A stretch of 64,000 nucleotides of DNA, from the NCBI GenBank assembly GCA_038245905.1, contig JBBRRY010000004.1:64001-128000 (forward strand), read 5' to 3'. The stretch comes from Thermoanaerobaculia bacterium (GTDB lineage: Bacteria > Acidobacteriota > Thermoanaerobaculia > UBA5066). Positions within the stretch are counted from its first letter, which is position 1. Every line of letters starts with the position of its first letter. The notes under the pieces were generated by a model that worked only from the letters and a program-made list of their open reading frames with translations, had not been told where the DNA came from and searched no databases. A program made the translations under genes and the position numbers. Shown piece after piece: positions 48,479-58,632 of the stretch.

Positions 48479-49879
48479 TCAGTACGCGTTCTTGTGGGTA
48501 AAGCCCCACTTGACCGTGAGCCACAGGATCTTCACGTCGAGGCCGAACGACCAGTTCTCGATGTAGTAGAGGTCGTACTCGATGCGCTTCGAGAGGCTCG
48601 TGTTGCCGCGCCAGCCGTGCACCTGCGCCCAGCCCGTGATGCCGGCGCGGACCCGGTGGCGGAGCATGTACTGGGGGAACTTGTCCCGGAACGTGCTCAC
48701 GAACTCCGGGCGCTCCGGACGGGGACCCACGAGAGACATCTCGCCCGTGAAGACGTTCACGAGCTGCGGCAGCTCGTCGAGCGAGGTCTTGCGCAGGAAT
48801 GCGCCGACATGCGTGCGGCGCGCGTCGTTCTCTTCGGCCCAGCGCGCGCCGTCGTTTTCGGCGTCGACGCGCATCGAGCGGAACTTCAACATCCGGAAGA
48901 GCCGCCCGTCGAGGCCCATGCGCTCCTGCGCGTAGAAGATCGGGCCGCGGTCTTCGAGCCAGATCGCGAGCGCGATGACCGGGAAGAGAACGGCGATCGC
49001 GACGAGGCCGAGGGCCGAGAGTGCGACGTCCATCGTGCGCTTCACGAGGGAATTCCAGCCCTCGAGCGGCATCTGGGTCAGGTTGATGACGGGCAGGCCG
49101 TCGAAGTCCTCGACTCCGGCCTTGAACGTCACGTACTGGAAAAGGTCGGGCACGACCTTCAGGTCGACCATCTCGTTGCCCACGTCCTTGAGGATCGTGA
49201 GCATCGTGCGGTGGGCCTCGACGGGCAGAGCGAGAAAGACCGTATCGACATCGTGGGCCCGGATCAGCGCCGTGACCTCCGCGGTGACGCCGAGGACCGC
49301 GAGTCCCCGATAGCCGTCCGCGCGCTTCGCGGGGTCGTCGTCCGCGAAGCCGACGGGTTTGAGGCCGGTCGCGGGATGGTCGAGCAGCTTGTCGGCGAGC
49401 GCGCGCCCGGTGTGTCCCGCGCCCACGATGAGCGTCCGGCGCACGCCGGCGCCCGTCGACCACATGTTCTCGAGGTATTTGCGGATCCCGAAGCGCACGA
49501 GCGAGACGAAGAGGACATCCAGGACGAGAAAAAGGACGAGCATCTGGCGGCTCGTGTACGTGAAGCCTCGCCAGAAGGAAAGAAGGCCGACGAGCAGGAT
49601 CGTCCCGAGGGACGCCGCGACGATGACGGCGAGCACTTCGTCGATGGTCGAGCGGTCGCGGCGGATCTGATACAGCCGGTGGAAGTAGAAAACGACTGGC
49701 CAGATCGCGATGAGGATCGGGATGAACGCGACGTAATTCTCGAAAGGCTGCGCGCCTTTCGGTGTCGGCCAGACCGACTCGAAGCGGATGAGCCACGCCG
49801 CACCCAGCGCGAGCACGGTCGCGAGGACGTCGGCGGCCACGAAGAGGGCTTGAAGACGGCGGGTCTGGCGGCGAATCAC
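48479..49879 (-). CDS. undecaprenyl-phosphate sugar phosphotransferase (WcaJ-like)
   Basis: KFRSM, SLDELPQL, MSLVGPRPE, GITGWAQV, DLYYIENWS. Confidence 0.95.
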   Translation of the reverse strand: MIRRQTRRLQALFVAADVLATVLALGAAWLIRFESVWPTPKGAQPFENYVAFIPILIAIWPVVFYFHRLYQIRRDRSTIDEVLAVIVAASLGTILLVGLLSFWRGFTYTSRQMLVLFLVLDVLFVSLVRFGIRKYLENMWSTGAGVRRTLIVGAGHTGRALADKLLDHPATGLKPVGFADDDPAKRADGYRGLAVLGVTAEVTALIRAHDVDTVFLALPVEAHRTMLTILKDVGNEMVDLKVVPDLFQYVTFKAGVEDFDGLPVINLTQMPLEGWNSLVKRTMDVALSALGLVAIAVLFPVIALAIWLEDRGPIFYAQERMGLDGRLFRMLKFRSMRVDAENDGARWAEENDARRTHVGAFLRKTSLDELPQLVNVFTGEMSLVGPRPERPEFVSTFRDKFPQYMLRHRVRAGITGWAQVHGWRGNTSLSKRIEYDLYYIENWSFGLDVKILWLTVKWGFTHKNAY

Positions 49880-51012
49880 ACGGGCTCCGGAGCGTCGATT
49901 CTAGCGTTCTCGGGCTCGTTTCCGGCCCGGCTCCTCGCCCTCCCGAGGGCGGCGAGGAAACGGCTTCGAAAAACGTCCCGCGAGAAACGGGACGCGTTCC
50001 GGGTCAGGGCGACGGGATCGAGCGTCAGGCCGCGCAGCCGGTCGAGCGCCGTCAGGAGGCCCGTCGCGCCCGGCGAGTCGTACAGGACACCTGTCTCTCC
50101 GTCCCGGACGGTCTCCTTCGCCCCGCCGCGGCCGAGCGCCACGACCGGCGCGCCGCACGCCTGCGCCTCCAGCGGCACGATGCCGAAATCTTCCTCTCCG
50201 GGCATCAGGACGGCCTCGGCGGTCCGGTAGCACGCGCGCAGCATGTCGTCCTCTGGAGTGTCGAGGAATCGGACCGTCTCACCGGCCCGGGCGGCGAGGC
50301 GCGCGCGCTCGGGCCCGAACCCCGCGATCGTGAGGGGCAGCCGGCGGGTGTTCGCGGCGTCGATCGCGTCCTCGAGGCGCTTGTATGGCGCGAGGGCCGA
50401 CACGACGAGGAGACCGTTCCGGAGCGAACCGGGCGGCGGCGGCGTGTAGAAACCGGTGTCGACGGGCGGGAAGACCACCTCCGCCTCGCGCCCCCAGAGG
50501 CGGGCGATGCGTCCCCTCACGTTCTCCGAGTTCGCGAGAAAGGCGTCGACGCGAGGCACGGCCGCGCGATCCCATGCCCGGAGCGGTCCGCGAACGAGCC
50601 GCGCGGCCGCGGTCACGAGGGCCGGCCGGCCCCGGAAGTAGTCGTCGAACTGATCGTGGAGATAGCGGACCGGCGTGTGGCAGTAGCAGAGATGAAACGC
50701 GCCCGGAGCCTTCTTCGCGTTCTTGGCGACGCAGTGGGAGGTCGAGATTACGAGCTCGAAGTCCGACAGGTCCCATGTCTCGGCGGCGACGAAGAAGAGG
50801 GGGAGCAGCTTGCGGTAGTTGGCGCGCGGCGAGACGAGCTTCTGGAGGAACGTAGTCCGGATTTCGGCGGCCTCGATCTCCGGGGCCTGCGAACCCTTGA
50901 AGTGAAAAAGCGTGAAGACGGGCGCGCCGGGGAACATCCGCACCAGCTCGAGCAGTACCTTCTCGCCGCCGCGGGTGCCCGTCAGCCAGTCGTGGACGAG
51001 GGCGACCCTCAC
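49876..51012 (-). CDS. GT4 glycosyltransferase
   Basis: VALVHDWLTGTRGGEKVL, EDFGIVPLEAQACG; GTG 51012 overlaps the upstream stop. Confidence 0.93.
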   Translation of the reverse strand: MRVALVHDWLTGTRGGEKVLLELVRMFPGAPVFTLFHFKGSQAPEIEAAEIRTTFLQKLVSPRANYRKLLPLFFVAAETWDLSDFELVISTSHCVAKNAKKAPGAFHLCYCHTPVRYLHDQFDDYFRGRPALVTAAARLVRGPLRAWDRAAVPRVDAFLANSENVRGRIARLWGREAEVVFPPVDTGFYTPPPPGSLRNGLLVVSALAPYKRLEDAIDAANTRRLPLTIAGFGPERARLAARAGETVRFLDTPEDDMLRACYRTAEAVLMPGEEDFGIVPLEAQACGAPVVALGRGGAKETVRDGETGVLYDSPGATGLLTALDRLRGLTLDPVALTRNASRFSRDVFRSRFLAALGRARSRAGNEPENARIDAPEPV

Positions 51013-52103
51013 GACGAAAGCCTCGGTTTTTCGGAGGAGAGATTTTCTTTGAATGGAAAGAGAACGCCGTCGTAGATACCTGCCGTTCGTTCTGCGACGC
51101 GGGCCCACGTGAATTGCGCTACCCGGTCCCTCCCCCTTTTTCTAAGCAAATCTCTCCTCTCTTCATCTCCGAGCAGAATCTCCAACGCTGCGGCCATCGA
51201 ACCGATGTCGTGCGGGTCGAAGAAAACCGCCGCGTCGCCCGCCGCCTCGCGGAGCGCCGGGAGGTCCGAGCATGCCACGGGCGTGCCGGCCGCCTGCGCT
51301 TCGAGGACGGGCAGGCCGAAGCCCTCGGCGAAGGAGGGTTGGACGAGAACGCGGGCGCCCGCGACGAGCGCCGGCACGTCCTCGTCGGGCACCCAGCCGA
51401 GAGCCTTCGCGCCCGCGGGCAGCGTCCGGCCGGGGCCAACACCCGCGAGGACGAGAGACAGCGAAGGCGTCGAAACGCGGAGACGCGCGAATGCGGCAAG
51501 CAGCCCGTCAAGGTTCTTGTGCGGCTTGTCGTTCCCGAGGAAGAGAAGATAGGACTCGGACGAAGATCCCCCCCCCCTCCCCCTTTCAAAGAAATCTTCT
51601 CTTACGCCGTAGGGAAGGACCACGACCTTGCCTTCCCGCTCGGGTCCGAAAGCAAGAATTTCCCTCTTCGTCTCCTCGGACCCCGCGATGACCGCCGCCG
51701 ACAGGCGGAGTGCGCGTCCCACCATCCAGCGCGCGTACGCCCGCTTCGCGAGCGCCCCGTGCTCGGGCCTCGTGAGGTGCATGAGGTCGTGGATGGTGAC
51801 GACCGTCGCCTTCGGCGGAAAGAACGGAACGACATAGTGCGGGGCATGGAAGAGATCAGGCTGAATCGCCGAGATCGCCCGCCTCACGGCGACCAGCTCC
51901 CCGAAGGAGTAATGGGGAGCGTCGCAGATCCTCGCGAGTACGCCCGTCGGAAGAAGAGCCTCCTCGCCGGGGAGCACGAGCGCATGAAGCTCGTAGCGGT
52001 CGAGCCCGGCGAGGCCGCCGAGGAGGCCGCGGATGTAAGTCCCGATCCCGAAGTCGCGCGCCTTGCGGGCGTCGACGAGGACCCGTTTCCTTCGTCCGGT
52101 CAA
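51009..52103 (-). CDS. GT4 glycosyltransferase
   Basis: DARKARDFGIGTY, VTIHDL, KPHKN, EGFGLPVLEAQAAG; TTG 52103 overlaps the upstream stop. Confidence 0.9.
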   Translation of the reverse strand: MTGRRKRVLVDARKARDFGIGTYIRGLLGGLAGLDRYELHALVLPGEEALLPTGVLARICDAPHYSFGELVAVRRAISAIQPDLFHAPHYVVPFFPPKATVVTIHDLMHLTRPEHGALAKRAYARWMVGRALRLSAAVIAGSEETKREILAFGPEREGKVVVLPYGVREDFFERGRGGGSSSESYLLFLGNDKPHKNLDGLLAAFARLRVSTPSLSLVLAGVGPGRTLPAGAKALGWVPDEDVPALVAGARVLVQPSFAEGFGLPVLEAQAAGTPVACSDLPALREAAGDAAVFFDPHDIGSMAAALEILLGDEERRDLLRKRGRDRVAQFTWARVAERTAGIYDGVLFPFKENLSSEKPRLSS

Positions 52104-53185
52104 CCGAGCGCCTCCTCGAAGAGGATGCGCATCTTCGCGGCGGCGGCGGTCCACGTGAAGCTCGCCGCGCGCCGCGGGCCCTCGACGGTCGCGCGGCGGC
52201 GGAAGCCGGCGTCGTCGTGCGCGCGCTCGAGGGCCCGGGCTATGTCCGGAACGCTCGTGGGGTCGGGCAGAAGGCCGGCGTCGCCCATGACCTCCGGCAG
52301 CGACGCCGCCGACGAGCCCACGACGGGGATGCCCTGCGCCATGGCCTCGAGGGGCGGAAGACCGAAGCCTTCGTAGAGGCTCGGGTACGCGAAGATCCGC
52401 GCGTCCCTCAGCCAACGGGCCCTCTCGCCCGCGCCGAGATAGCCCGCGAGCGTGACGCGATTCGCGTGCCTCGAACGCGCGACGTCCCCGGCGAAGCCTC
52501 CCATTCCCCAGCCGTCGCCTCCCGCGAGGACGAGGTCGGGAAAGTCCGGGCGGCGGTCCCAGATCGCCTCCATCGCCGCGACGAGCCGGACGACGTTCTT
52601 GCGCGGCTCGAGCGTTCCCACGTAGAGAACATACGGACGTCCTGCGTGCGGAGCCTCGCCGTCCGCGCGCGGCGTCTCGGGCTCGACGCCGTTGTGGACG
52701 ACGCGCGTCTTGCCGTCTGCGTCGGGGTACGCGGCCACGAGGTCCCGGCGCGTGGCTTCCGACACGGCGGCGATCCGCCGCGCGCGGCGGACGGTCGCAC
52801 CGATGAACGGCGTAAAGCCGAAGCGGTTCTTCAGCGAATGCCATTCGGGGAAGAGGATCGGCGTGAGGTCGTGCACCGTCGCGACCCCGGGGAGCCTGCA
52901 GGCGAGGGGAAGGATGCCGAGACTCCCGAGAAACGCGTCTGCCCCGGCGCGGCGAGCCGCCGGGCCGGCGGCGGTCTGCAGCCAGATCGTGCCCGGAAGC
53001 GCGGGGGAGGGCGCCACGGCCACTCGCCCCTCGAGACCGGGGGGCAGGTGGACAGGGCGAGGCGACAGGAGGACGAAGCTGTCCCCGGGCCGGGCGTGAA
53101 GCCAGGCGGAGAGCAGCCCGTCGAGATAGCGCCCGACGCCGGTCGGACGCTCCTCGAGCGGGCGCGCGTCGACGGCGATGCGCAT
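52100..53185 (-). CDS. GT4 glycosyltransferase
   Basis: TGVGRY, TVHDL, GTLEPRKN, YEGFGLPPLEAMAQG. Confidence 0.93.
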   Translation of the reverse strand: MRIAVDARPLEERPTGVGRYLDGLLSAWLHARPGDSFVLLSPRPVHLPPGLEGRVAVAPSPALPGTIWLQTAAGPAARRAGADAFLGSLGILPLACRLPGVATVHDLTPILFPEWHSLKNRFGFTPFIGATVRRARRIAAVSEATRRDLVAAYPDADGKTRVVHNGVEPETPRADGEAPHAGRPYVLYVGTLEPRKNVVRLVAAMEAIWDRRPDFPDLVLAGGDGWGMGGFAGDVARSRHANRVTLAGYLGAGERARWLRDARIFAYPSLYEGFGLPPLEAMAQGIPVVGSSAASLPEVMGDAGLLPDPTSVPDIARALERAHDDAGFRRRATVEGPRRAASFTWTAAAAKMRILFEEALG

Positions 53186-53237
53186 GCTTCCATGTTATAT
53201 TCCGCGGCTCCTCTTCGTTTGGGAGGAGCCTTTTCCC

Positions 53238-53786
53238 ATGGATCTGAACCTCGAAGCGGCTTTTGACGAGCCGATTGTTCTTTCTCATCAGTTCGACTTT
53301 CCGGCCGCCGTTCTCGCGCGTCCGGAGCTCGTGTCGCTCTCTCACGTGTCCTTCACCGGCCGTCTCGAGCGCCAGGAGCCCGGCTTCGTCCTGAACGGTC
53401 ACGTCGTTTTCGACGGCGTCACGGCGTGCGCGCGCTGCCTCGCTCACGTCCCTTTCCGCCGCTCGAGCGAGGCCTACTGGCACTTCGCTCCCGCGCACGC
53501 GAAGCCGCGGGACGAAAAGCCGGCCAAGGGCGACCCGGAGGACGGCCTCGAGCTCCTCGCGGCGGATCTCGACGTCCTCTACTACGACGACCTCGTCGTC
53601 CCGTTCGACGCGCTCGTCGAGGAACAGGTGCAGCTCGAGCTTCCGCTCAAGGCGCTTTGCCGCGACGACTGCCGGGGGCTCTGTCCGATGTGCGGCGCCG
53701 ACCGGAACCTCGACCCGTGCTCCTGCAAGCCTTCGGGGGACGAGCGCTGGAAAACGCTCCGGACTCTTCTCGATCCCGGGAACTGA
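53238..53786 (+). CDS. yceD: YceD/DUF177 family protein
   Basis: CARCL, LCRDDCRGLCPMCG, DERW; lies upstream of rpmF. Confidence 0.9.
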   Translation: MDLNLEAAFDEPIVLSHQFDFPAAVLARPELVSLSHVSFTGRLERQEPGFVLNGHVVFDGVTACARCLAHVPFRRSSEAYWHFAPAHAKPRDEKPAKGDPEDGLELLAADLDVLYYDDLVVPFDALVEEQVQLELPLKALCRDDCRGLCPMCGADRNLDPCSCKPSGDERWKTLRTLLDPGN

Positions 53787-53843
53787 AGCAACGACCTTTC
53801 TCGTCCTCGCCCTCGCAGCGTGTGACCGTCACAGGAGATCGCC

Positions 53844-54029
53844 ATGCCGAATCCAAAACATCGCCACAGCAAGACGCGCCGCGACTTGCGCCGCGCCCAC
53901 GACTTCCTGAAGCCCAAGCAGACCTCGAAGTGCACGAACTGCGGCACGGAGAAGCTTCCGCACCGCGTGTGCCCCTCCTGCGGGCACTACAAGGGCCGCG
54001 AAGTCATGAGCGGAGCCGAGAAGGCCTGA
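53844..54029 (+). CDS. rpmF: 50S ribosomal protein L32
   Basis: MPNPKHRHSKTRRDLRRAH...CTNCG..KLPHRVCPSCGHY. Confidence 0.97.
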   Translation: MPNPKHRHSKTRRDLRRAHDFLKPKQTSKCTNCGTEKLPHRVCPSCGHYKGREVMSGAEKA

Positions 54030-54030
54030 C

Positions 54031-55041
54031 TTGACGATCGCCGTCGACGCCATGGGGGGTGACCACGCCCCCCGCGTCAACGTGGAAGGCGCCGTCGCGG
54101 CTGCCGTCGATTTCGGCCTCGACACGCTGCTCGTCGGAAAACGGCGCGAGGTGGAGTCGGAGCTCCACAAGACCGGCTACAGCGGGAGCCGCGTCGGCGT
54201 CGTCGAGGCGGACGAGGTCGTCCTTTTCGACGAGCCCGCCATCACCCCGATCCGCAAGAAACGCCGCGCGTCCATCCGGATTGCCGCGGAATGCGTCCGG
54301 GACGGCCGCGCGAATGGAATGTTCACCGCGGGGCATACGGGCGCCGCGATGGTCGTCGCGAAGATGATCATGGGCGTCGTCGACGGCATCGACCGGCCGG
54401 CCCTCGCCACCGTGCTGCCGGGCCTCGACCGCAAACGGGTTCTCCTGGACATCGGGGCGAATCTGAGCTGTCGGCCCGAGCACTACCGCGAGTTCGCCCT
54501 CATGGGGCACTTCTTCGCGCAGGAGGTCCTCGGCATCGAGAAGCCGAAGATCGGCCTCATGTCCGTGGGCGAGGAAGAGGGCAAGGGCACGGATATCGTG
54601 AAGGAATCATTCCGTCTCTTGAAGGAGTCCGGCCTCCGATTCGTCGGCAATGTCGAGGGCCGCGACGTGTACGACGGCGACGTTGACGTCATCGTCACCG
54701 ACGGCTTCACGGGAAACGTCATTCTGAAGGTCTCCGAGAGCCTCGCGCACCTCGTCGAGGAGGCGCTCAAACAGGAGATCACGCGCAGCCTGCAGGCATC
54801 GATGGGGTTTCTGCTCTCGAAGGACGCCTTTCGCTCGTTCAAGAAGCGCCTCGACTACAGCGAATACGGTGGCGCACCCCTTCTCGGCGTGAACGGGGCC
54901 TGTTTCATCGGGCACGGGCGCTCGAACGTGAAGGCCGTACGCAACGCCATTCGCGCCGCCGACGACTTCGTCCGGCGCGGAATTCCCGAGAAAATCCGCG
55001 CGCGCGCCCTCACGTTCGCGCCGCCGCCGCTCTCCCGGTAA
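54031..55041 (+). CDS. plsX: phosphate acyltransferase
   Basis: IAVDAMGGDHAP, GNVEG, DGFTGN, GGAPLLG, GHGRS. Confidence 0.97.
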   Translation: MTIAVDAMGGDHAPRVNVEGAVAAAVDFGLDTLLVGKRREVESELHKTGYSGSRVGVVEADEVVLFDEPAITPIRKKRRASIRIAAECVRDGRANGMFTAGHTGAAMVVAKMIMGVVDGIDRPALATVLPGLDRKRVLLDIGANLSCRPEHYREFALMGHFFAQEVLGIEKPKIGLMSVGEEEGKGTDIVKESFRLLKESGLRFVGNVEGRDVYDGDVDVIVTDGFTGNVILKVSESLAHLVEEALKQEITRSLQASMGFLLSKDAFRSFKKRLDYSEYGGAPLLGVNGACFIGHGRSNVKAVRNAIRAADDFVRRGIPEKIRARALTFAPPPLSR

Positions 55042-55072
55042 CATTCCGGCTCCACGTACTCAGGGAGGAACG

Positions 55073-56053
55073 ATGTTTCACGCCACGATCGCCGGCACGG
55101 GTCGGGCCGTTCCCGAAAAGGTCCTGACGAACGCCGACCTGTCGAAGATGGTCGAGACGTCCGACGAGTGGATCACGTCGCGGACGGGCATTCGCGAGCG
55201 TCGCGTGGTCCAGGAAGGTGACGTCCTCTCGGACTTCTGCGTGCGCGCGGCCGTTCCCGCGCTCGCCGACGCCGGGATTCTCGCGGCCGACCTCGACGTC
55301 GTGATCCTCGCGACCTGCACGCCCGACCACCCGATCCCCGGCGCGGCCCCGGTCGTCCAGCACAAGCTCGGCGCGACGAAGGCCGCAGCCTTCGACCTGA
55401 ACGCCGCCTGCTCGGGCTGGCTCTACGGACTCCACGTGGCGGACGGGCTCATCCAGTCGGGCAAGGCGAAGAACATTCTCCTCGTGGGCGCAGAGTTCCT
55501 AACGCGTTTCGTGGACTACACCGATCGCTCGACGTGCATCCTCTTCGGAGACGGGGCGGGCGCCACCGTTCTCAAGGCCACGAAGGCCGACCACGGCGTT
55601 CTCTCCACCGCGATCCGCTCGGACGGGGAGGGATCGCGGTTCATCTCGATGCCCGGCGGCGGCTCCAACTTCCCGCCGAACCGTCCCGGGTTCGACAAAG
55701 GACTCATGTACATCCAGATGAAGGGCGGCGAGACGTTCAAGATCGCGATCCGCAGAATGGTCGAGGTCTGCAAGGAAGTCCTCGCGGAGAGCGGCTTCAC
55801 GACCGAGGACGTGAAATGGCTCCTGCCGCACCAGGCGAACGAGCGGATTCTGACCGCGACCGCCGAACGTCTTCAGATTCCTCCCGAGCGCTGCATGAAC
55901 AACATCGGGCGCTACGGGAACACGAGCGCGGCCTCGATTCCGATCGCGCTCGACGAATACGCGCGCGACGGCCGGCTGAAGCGCGGCGACCTCATCCTCA
56001 TCACGGCCTTCGGTGGAGGCCTGACCTGGGGCGCCGCGCTCGTCCGCTGGTAG
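55073..56053 (+). CDS. fabH: beta-ketoacyl-ACP synthase III
   Basis: AACSG, LFGDGAGA, PHQAN, GNTSAAS, GGGLTWG. Confidence 0.97.
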   Translation: MFHATIAGTGRAVPEKVLTNADLSKMVETSDEWITSRTGIRERRVVQEGDVLSDFCVRAAVPALADAGILAADLDVVILATCTPDHPIPGAAPVVQHKLGATKAAAFDLNAACSGWLYGLHVADGLIQSGKAKNILLVGAEFLTRFVDYTDRSTCILFGDGAGATVLKATKADHGVLSTAIRSDGEGSRFISMPGGGSNFPPNRPGFDKGLMYIQMKGGETFKIAIRRMVEVCKEVLAESGFTTEDVKWLLPHQANERILTATAERLQIPPERCMNNIGRYGNTSAASIPIALDEYARDGRLKRGDLILITAFGGGLTWGAALVRW

Positions 56054-56066
56054 CTCGAGCGTCGCT

Positions 56067-56999
56067 GTGAGCCTCGCCTTCCTCTTTCCCGGACAAGGAT
56101 CGCAGTTCGCGGGCATGGGGAGAGACCTCGTCGACGCGTTCCCCGAGGCGAGGCGCGTGTACGAGCGCGCGGACGCCGCGCTCGCGCCTTTTGGCCTGTC
56201 GATCTCGAAGATCTCCTTCGAGGGCAGCGACGAGGACCTCAAGCAGACGGCCGTTACCCAGCCGGCCATCGTGACGCACGCCGTCGCTGTCTTCGAGGTC
56301 CTGAGAGCCCGGGGCGCCATGCCGTCGGTCGCGGCCGGCCACTCGCTGGGCGAATATGCCGCCCTCGTGGCGGCGGGCGCGCTCACGCTCGAGGACGCCG
56401 TCGTCCTCGTGAGGCGCCGGGGGCTCTTCATGCAGGAGGCCGTGCCGGCCGGGCAGGGCGCGATGGCGGCGGTGATCGGGCTCTCGCCCGAGGCGGTGTC
56501 GGCCGCCTGCTTGGAGGCCGCCTCCGCAACCGGGGAGGTCTGCTCGGCCGCGAATTTCAACTCGCCGGAGCAGACGGTCATCGCCGGGAGCGCGGCGGGC
56601 GTCGCGAAGGCCGGAGAGATCCTCAAGGCGAAGGGCGCCAAGCGCGTTCTCCCGCTCCCGGTGTCCGCTCCGTTCCATTGCGCGCTCATGAAGCCGGCCG
56701 AGGAAAAGCTGGCTCCGTTCCTCGCCGCGGCCGCCTTCTCGGCGCTGTCGATTCCGGTCGTCACGAACGTGGATGCCCGGGAGACGACCGACCCCGAGGT
56801 CGCGCGCGAATCTCTCCGCCGGCAGATCTGCTCACCTGTTCGCTGGGTCGAGTCCGTGCGGCGACTCGCCGCGCTCGCGCCGTCCGCGGTCGAGTCCGGG
56901 CCCGGGACGGTTCTCCAGGGGCTCGCGAAGCGCATCGAGAAGGAATGGCCCGTGAAGACGACGTCCACGGCCTCCGCGCTCGCGTTGATGGAGCCCTGA
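56067..56999 (+). CDS. fabD: malonyl-CoA:ACP transacylase
   Basis: FPGQGSQ, GHSLGE, VSAPFH, PVRW. Confidence 0.97.
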   Translation: MSLAFLFPGQGSQFAGMGRDLVDAFPEARRVYERADAALAPFGLSISKISFEGSDEDLKQTAVTQPAIVTHAVAVFEVLRARGAMPSVAAGHSLGEYAALVAAGALTLEDAVVLVRRRGLFMQEAVPAGQGAMAAVIGLSPEAVSAACLEAASATGEVCSAANFNSPEQTVIAGSAAGVAKAGEILKAKGAKRVLPLPVSAPFHCALMKPAEEKLAPFLAAAAFSALSIPVVTNVDARETTDPEVARESLRRQICSPVRWVESVRRLAALAPSAVESGPGTVLQGLAKRIEKEWPVKTTSTASALALMEP

Positions 57000-57044
57000 C
57001 CGGGCGGATCTGATAGAAGTCGGGATCGCGAAAGGAACAGGGAG

Positions 57045-57803
57045 ATGACCGTTTCGTTCTCACTCGAGGGGAAGATCGCGCTCGTCACGGGCGGCTCGCA
57101 GGGCATCGGCGAATCGATCGCGAAGGCGCTCGCCGCGGCCGGCGCCCACGTCGTCGTCGCGGCCCGCGGCGAAGAGAAGGCCGCTGCTGTCGCCGGGGCC
57201 ATCGTGGCCGCGGGCGGGAAGGCCGAGGCCCTGCGCCTCGACGTCGGCGATCCGGCTTCCGTCTCGGCGGCGTTCAAGGCGGTCGCCCTGAAGCACGGGA
57301 AGCTCGACATCCTCGTGAACAACGCAGGCATCACGGACGACGGCTTGATCCTCCGCATGGCGAAAGAGTCCTGGGACAAGGTCATTGCGACGGACCTCAC
57401 GGGGGTCTTCCTGTGCGCGCAGGAGGCCGCGAAGCTCATGCTCAAGAAGCGGGTTCCCGGACGCATCGTGAACATCACGTCCGTCGTGGGGCTCATGGGG
57501 AATCCGGGCCAGACGAACTACGCGGCGGCCAAGGCGGGCGTCGTCGGGTTCACGAAGGCCCTCGCGCGCGAGATCGGCTCGAGGGGAATCACCGTGAACG
57601 CCGTCGCGCCGGGCTACGTCGAGACGACCATGACGGACGTCCTCAACGAAGACCAGAAGAAGGCGCTCGTGGGTCAGATCGTGCTCGGACGGCTGGGAAC
57701 CGCGGACGACGTGGCCGGCGCGGTGGTCTATCTGGCCTCCGACGCGGCCGCGTACGTGACGGGCACCTGTCTCAATGTGAGCGGCGGGCTCTACATCGGA
57801 TAG
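57045..57803 (+). CDS. fabG: 3-oxoacyl-ACP reductase
   Basis: TGGSQGIG, NNAGIT, NYAAAK; position in the fab operon. Confidence 0.96.
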   Translation: MTVSFSLEGKIALVTGGSQGIGESIAKALAAAGAHVVVAARGEEKAAAVAGAIVAAGGKAEALRLDVGDPASVSAAFKAVALKHGKLDILVNNAGITDDGLILRMAKESWDKVIATDLTGVFLCAQEAAKLMLKKRVPGRIVNITSVVGLMGNPGQTNYAAAKAGVVGFTKALAREIGSRGITVNAVAPGYVETTMTDVLNEDQKKALVGQIVLGRLGTADDVAGAVVYLASDAAAYVTGTCLNVSGGLYIG

Positions 57804-57808
57804 AGCGC

Positions 57809-58141
57809 TTATCTGCGCTCGGCGGAGTGCTCCGTCCACGACAGCACCGCGAGCCTCACCGCGGTGTTCGTCGAGAGCCCAGAAGCCTTCGCTTGCCTTT
57901 GCAACGCGCGCCACGTCGAGTCTGAAATGCGGAGCGACCGAACTCTTCCCGGCTCGACCTTCGCGCCCTTCGGCGGCCGGCCGCGGCGCGTAATCCGCGC
58001 GACTTCAGGCCCGAATCGCTTCTCGATCCACGCCGCGTCCTTCGCCTGCGTGAGCTTGGCCTCTTCGAGCGAGACGAACGTCTTCGGAAGCTCGGCGAGC
58101 GAGCGGTAGGTCTTCCGCGATCGTTTCTGCTTTCCTCTCAT
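57809..58141 (-). CDS. putative antitoxin with C-terminal ribbon-helix-helix (BrnA-like)
   Basis: RRGRPP...VRSLRISDSTWRALQRQAKASGLSTNTAVRLAV; ATGA overlap with the upstream gene. Confidence 0.65.
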   Translation of the reverse strand: MRGKQKRSRKTYRSLAELPKTFVSLEEAKLTQAKDAAWIEKRFGPEVARITRRGRPPKGAKVEPGRVRSLRISDSTWRALQRQAKASGLSTNTAVRLAVLSWTEHSAERR

Positions 58142-58383
58142 GTCCGCCGCCTCCTTCGTCCGATCGGATACGCCGTGATGACGTGCGCCTCGTCCGGTCC
58201 GCTCAGCGTGAACGCGACGCGGAGAGCGCGCCCCGCGACCGTACCCTCGGCGATCCACCGCCCGCGCCTGCCGGATGCTGCAATGCCGAGATTCTTCGCG
58301 CCAAACACGGCCTCCGCTTCCCGCAGGCTCAGCCCGTGGCGCGCGACGTGCTCGGTGTTCTCCCGATGCCAGACGAAGCGCAC
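58138..58383 (-). CDS. putative BrnT-like ribonuclease toxin
   Basis: FVWHRENTEHVARHGLSLREAEAVF...GRALRVAFT...VITAY; GTG lies 7 nt after TACAAT. Confidence 0.75.
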   Translation of the reverse strand: MRFVWHRENTEHVARHGLSLREAEAVFGAKNLGIAASGRRGRWIAEGTVAGRALRVAFTLSGPDEAHVITAYPIGRRRRRT

Positions 58384-58632
58384 GGTCCAAATTGTACTAC
58401 GTTTTCGCAATCTCACGACGGCCGCCGCCCCGCGCGTCACAGGTGGCCGGACGCCGCGGGCCGTGGGTTTCTTGAATCCCGAGTCCTCTTGACGGACGGC
58501 AGAAAATCCTTGGAATCGTCCGATCCGGTACGGAGCGGCTTCATCGGATAGACTCATTCACGCTTGAATTCGAGTCCCGGCTGCCCTCAGAATGCCGGTC
58601 TCTAAGACGACAAAATTTTCGGAGGATCTCAG

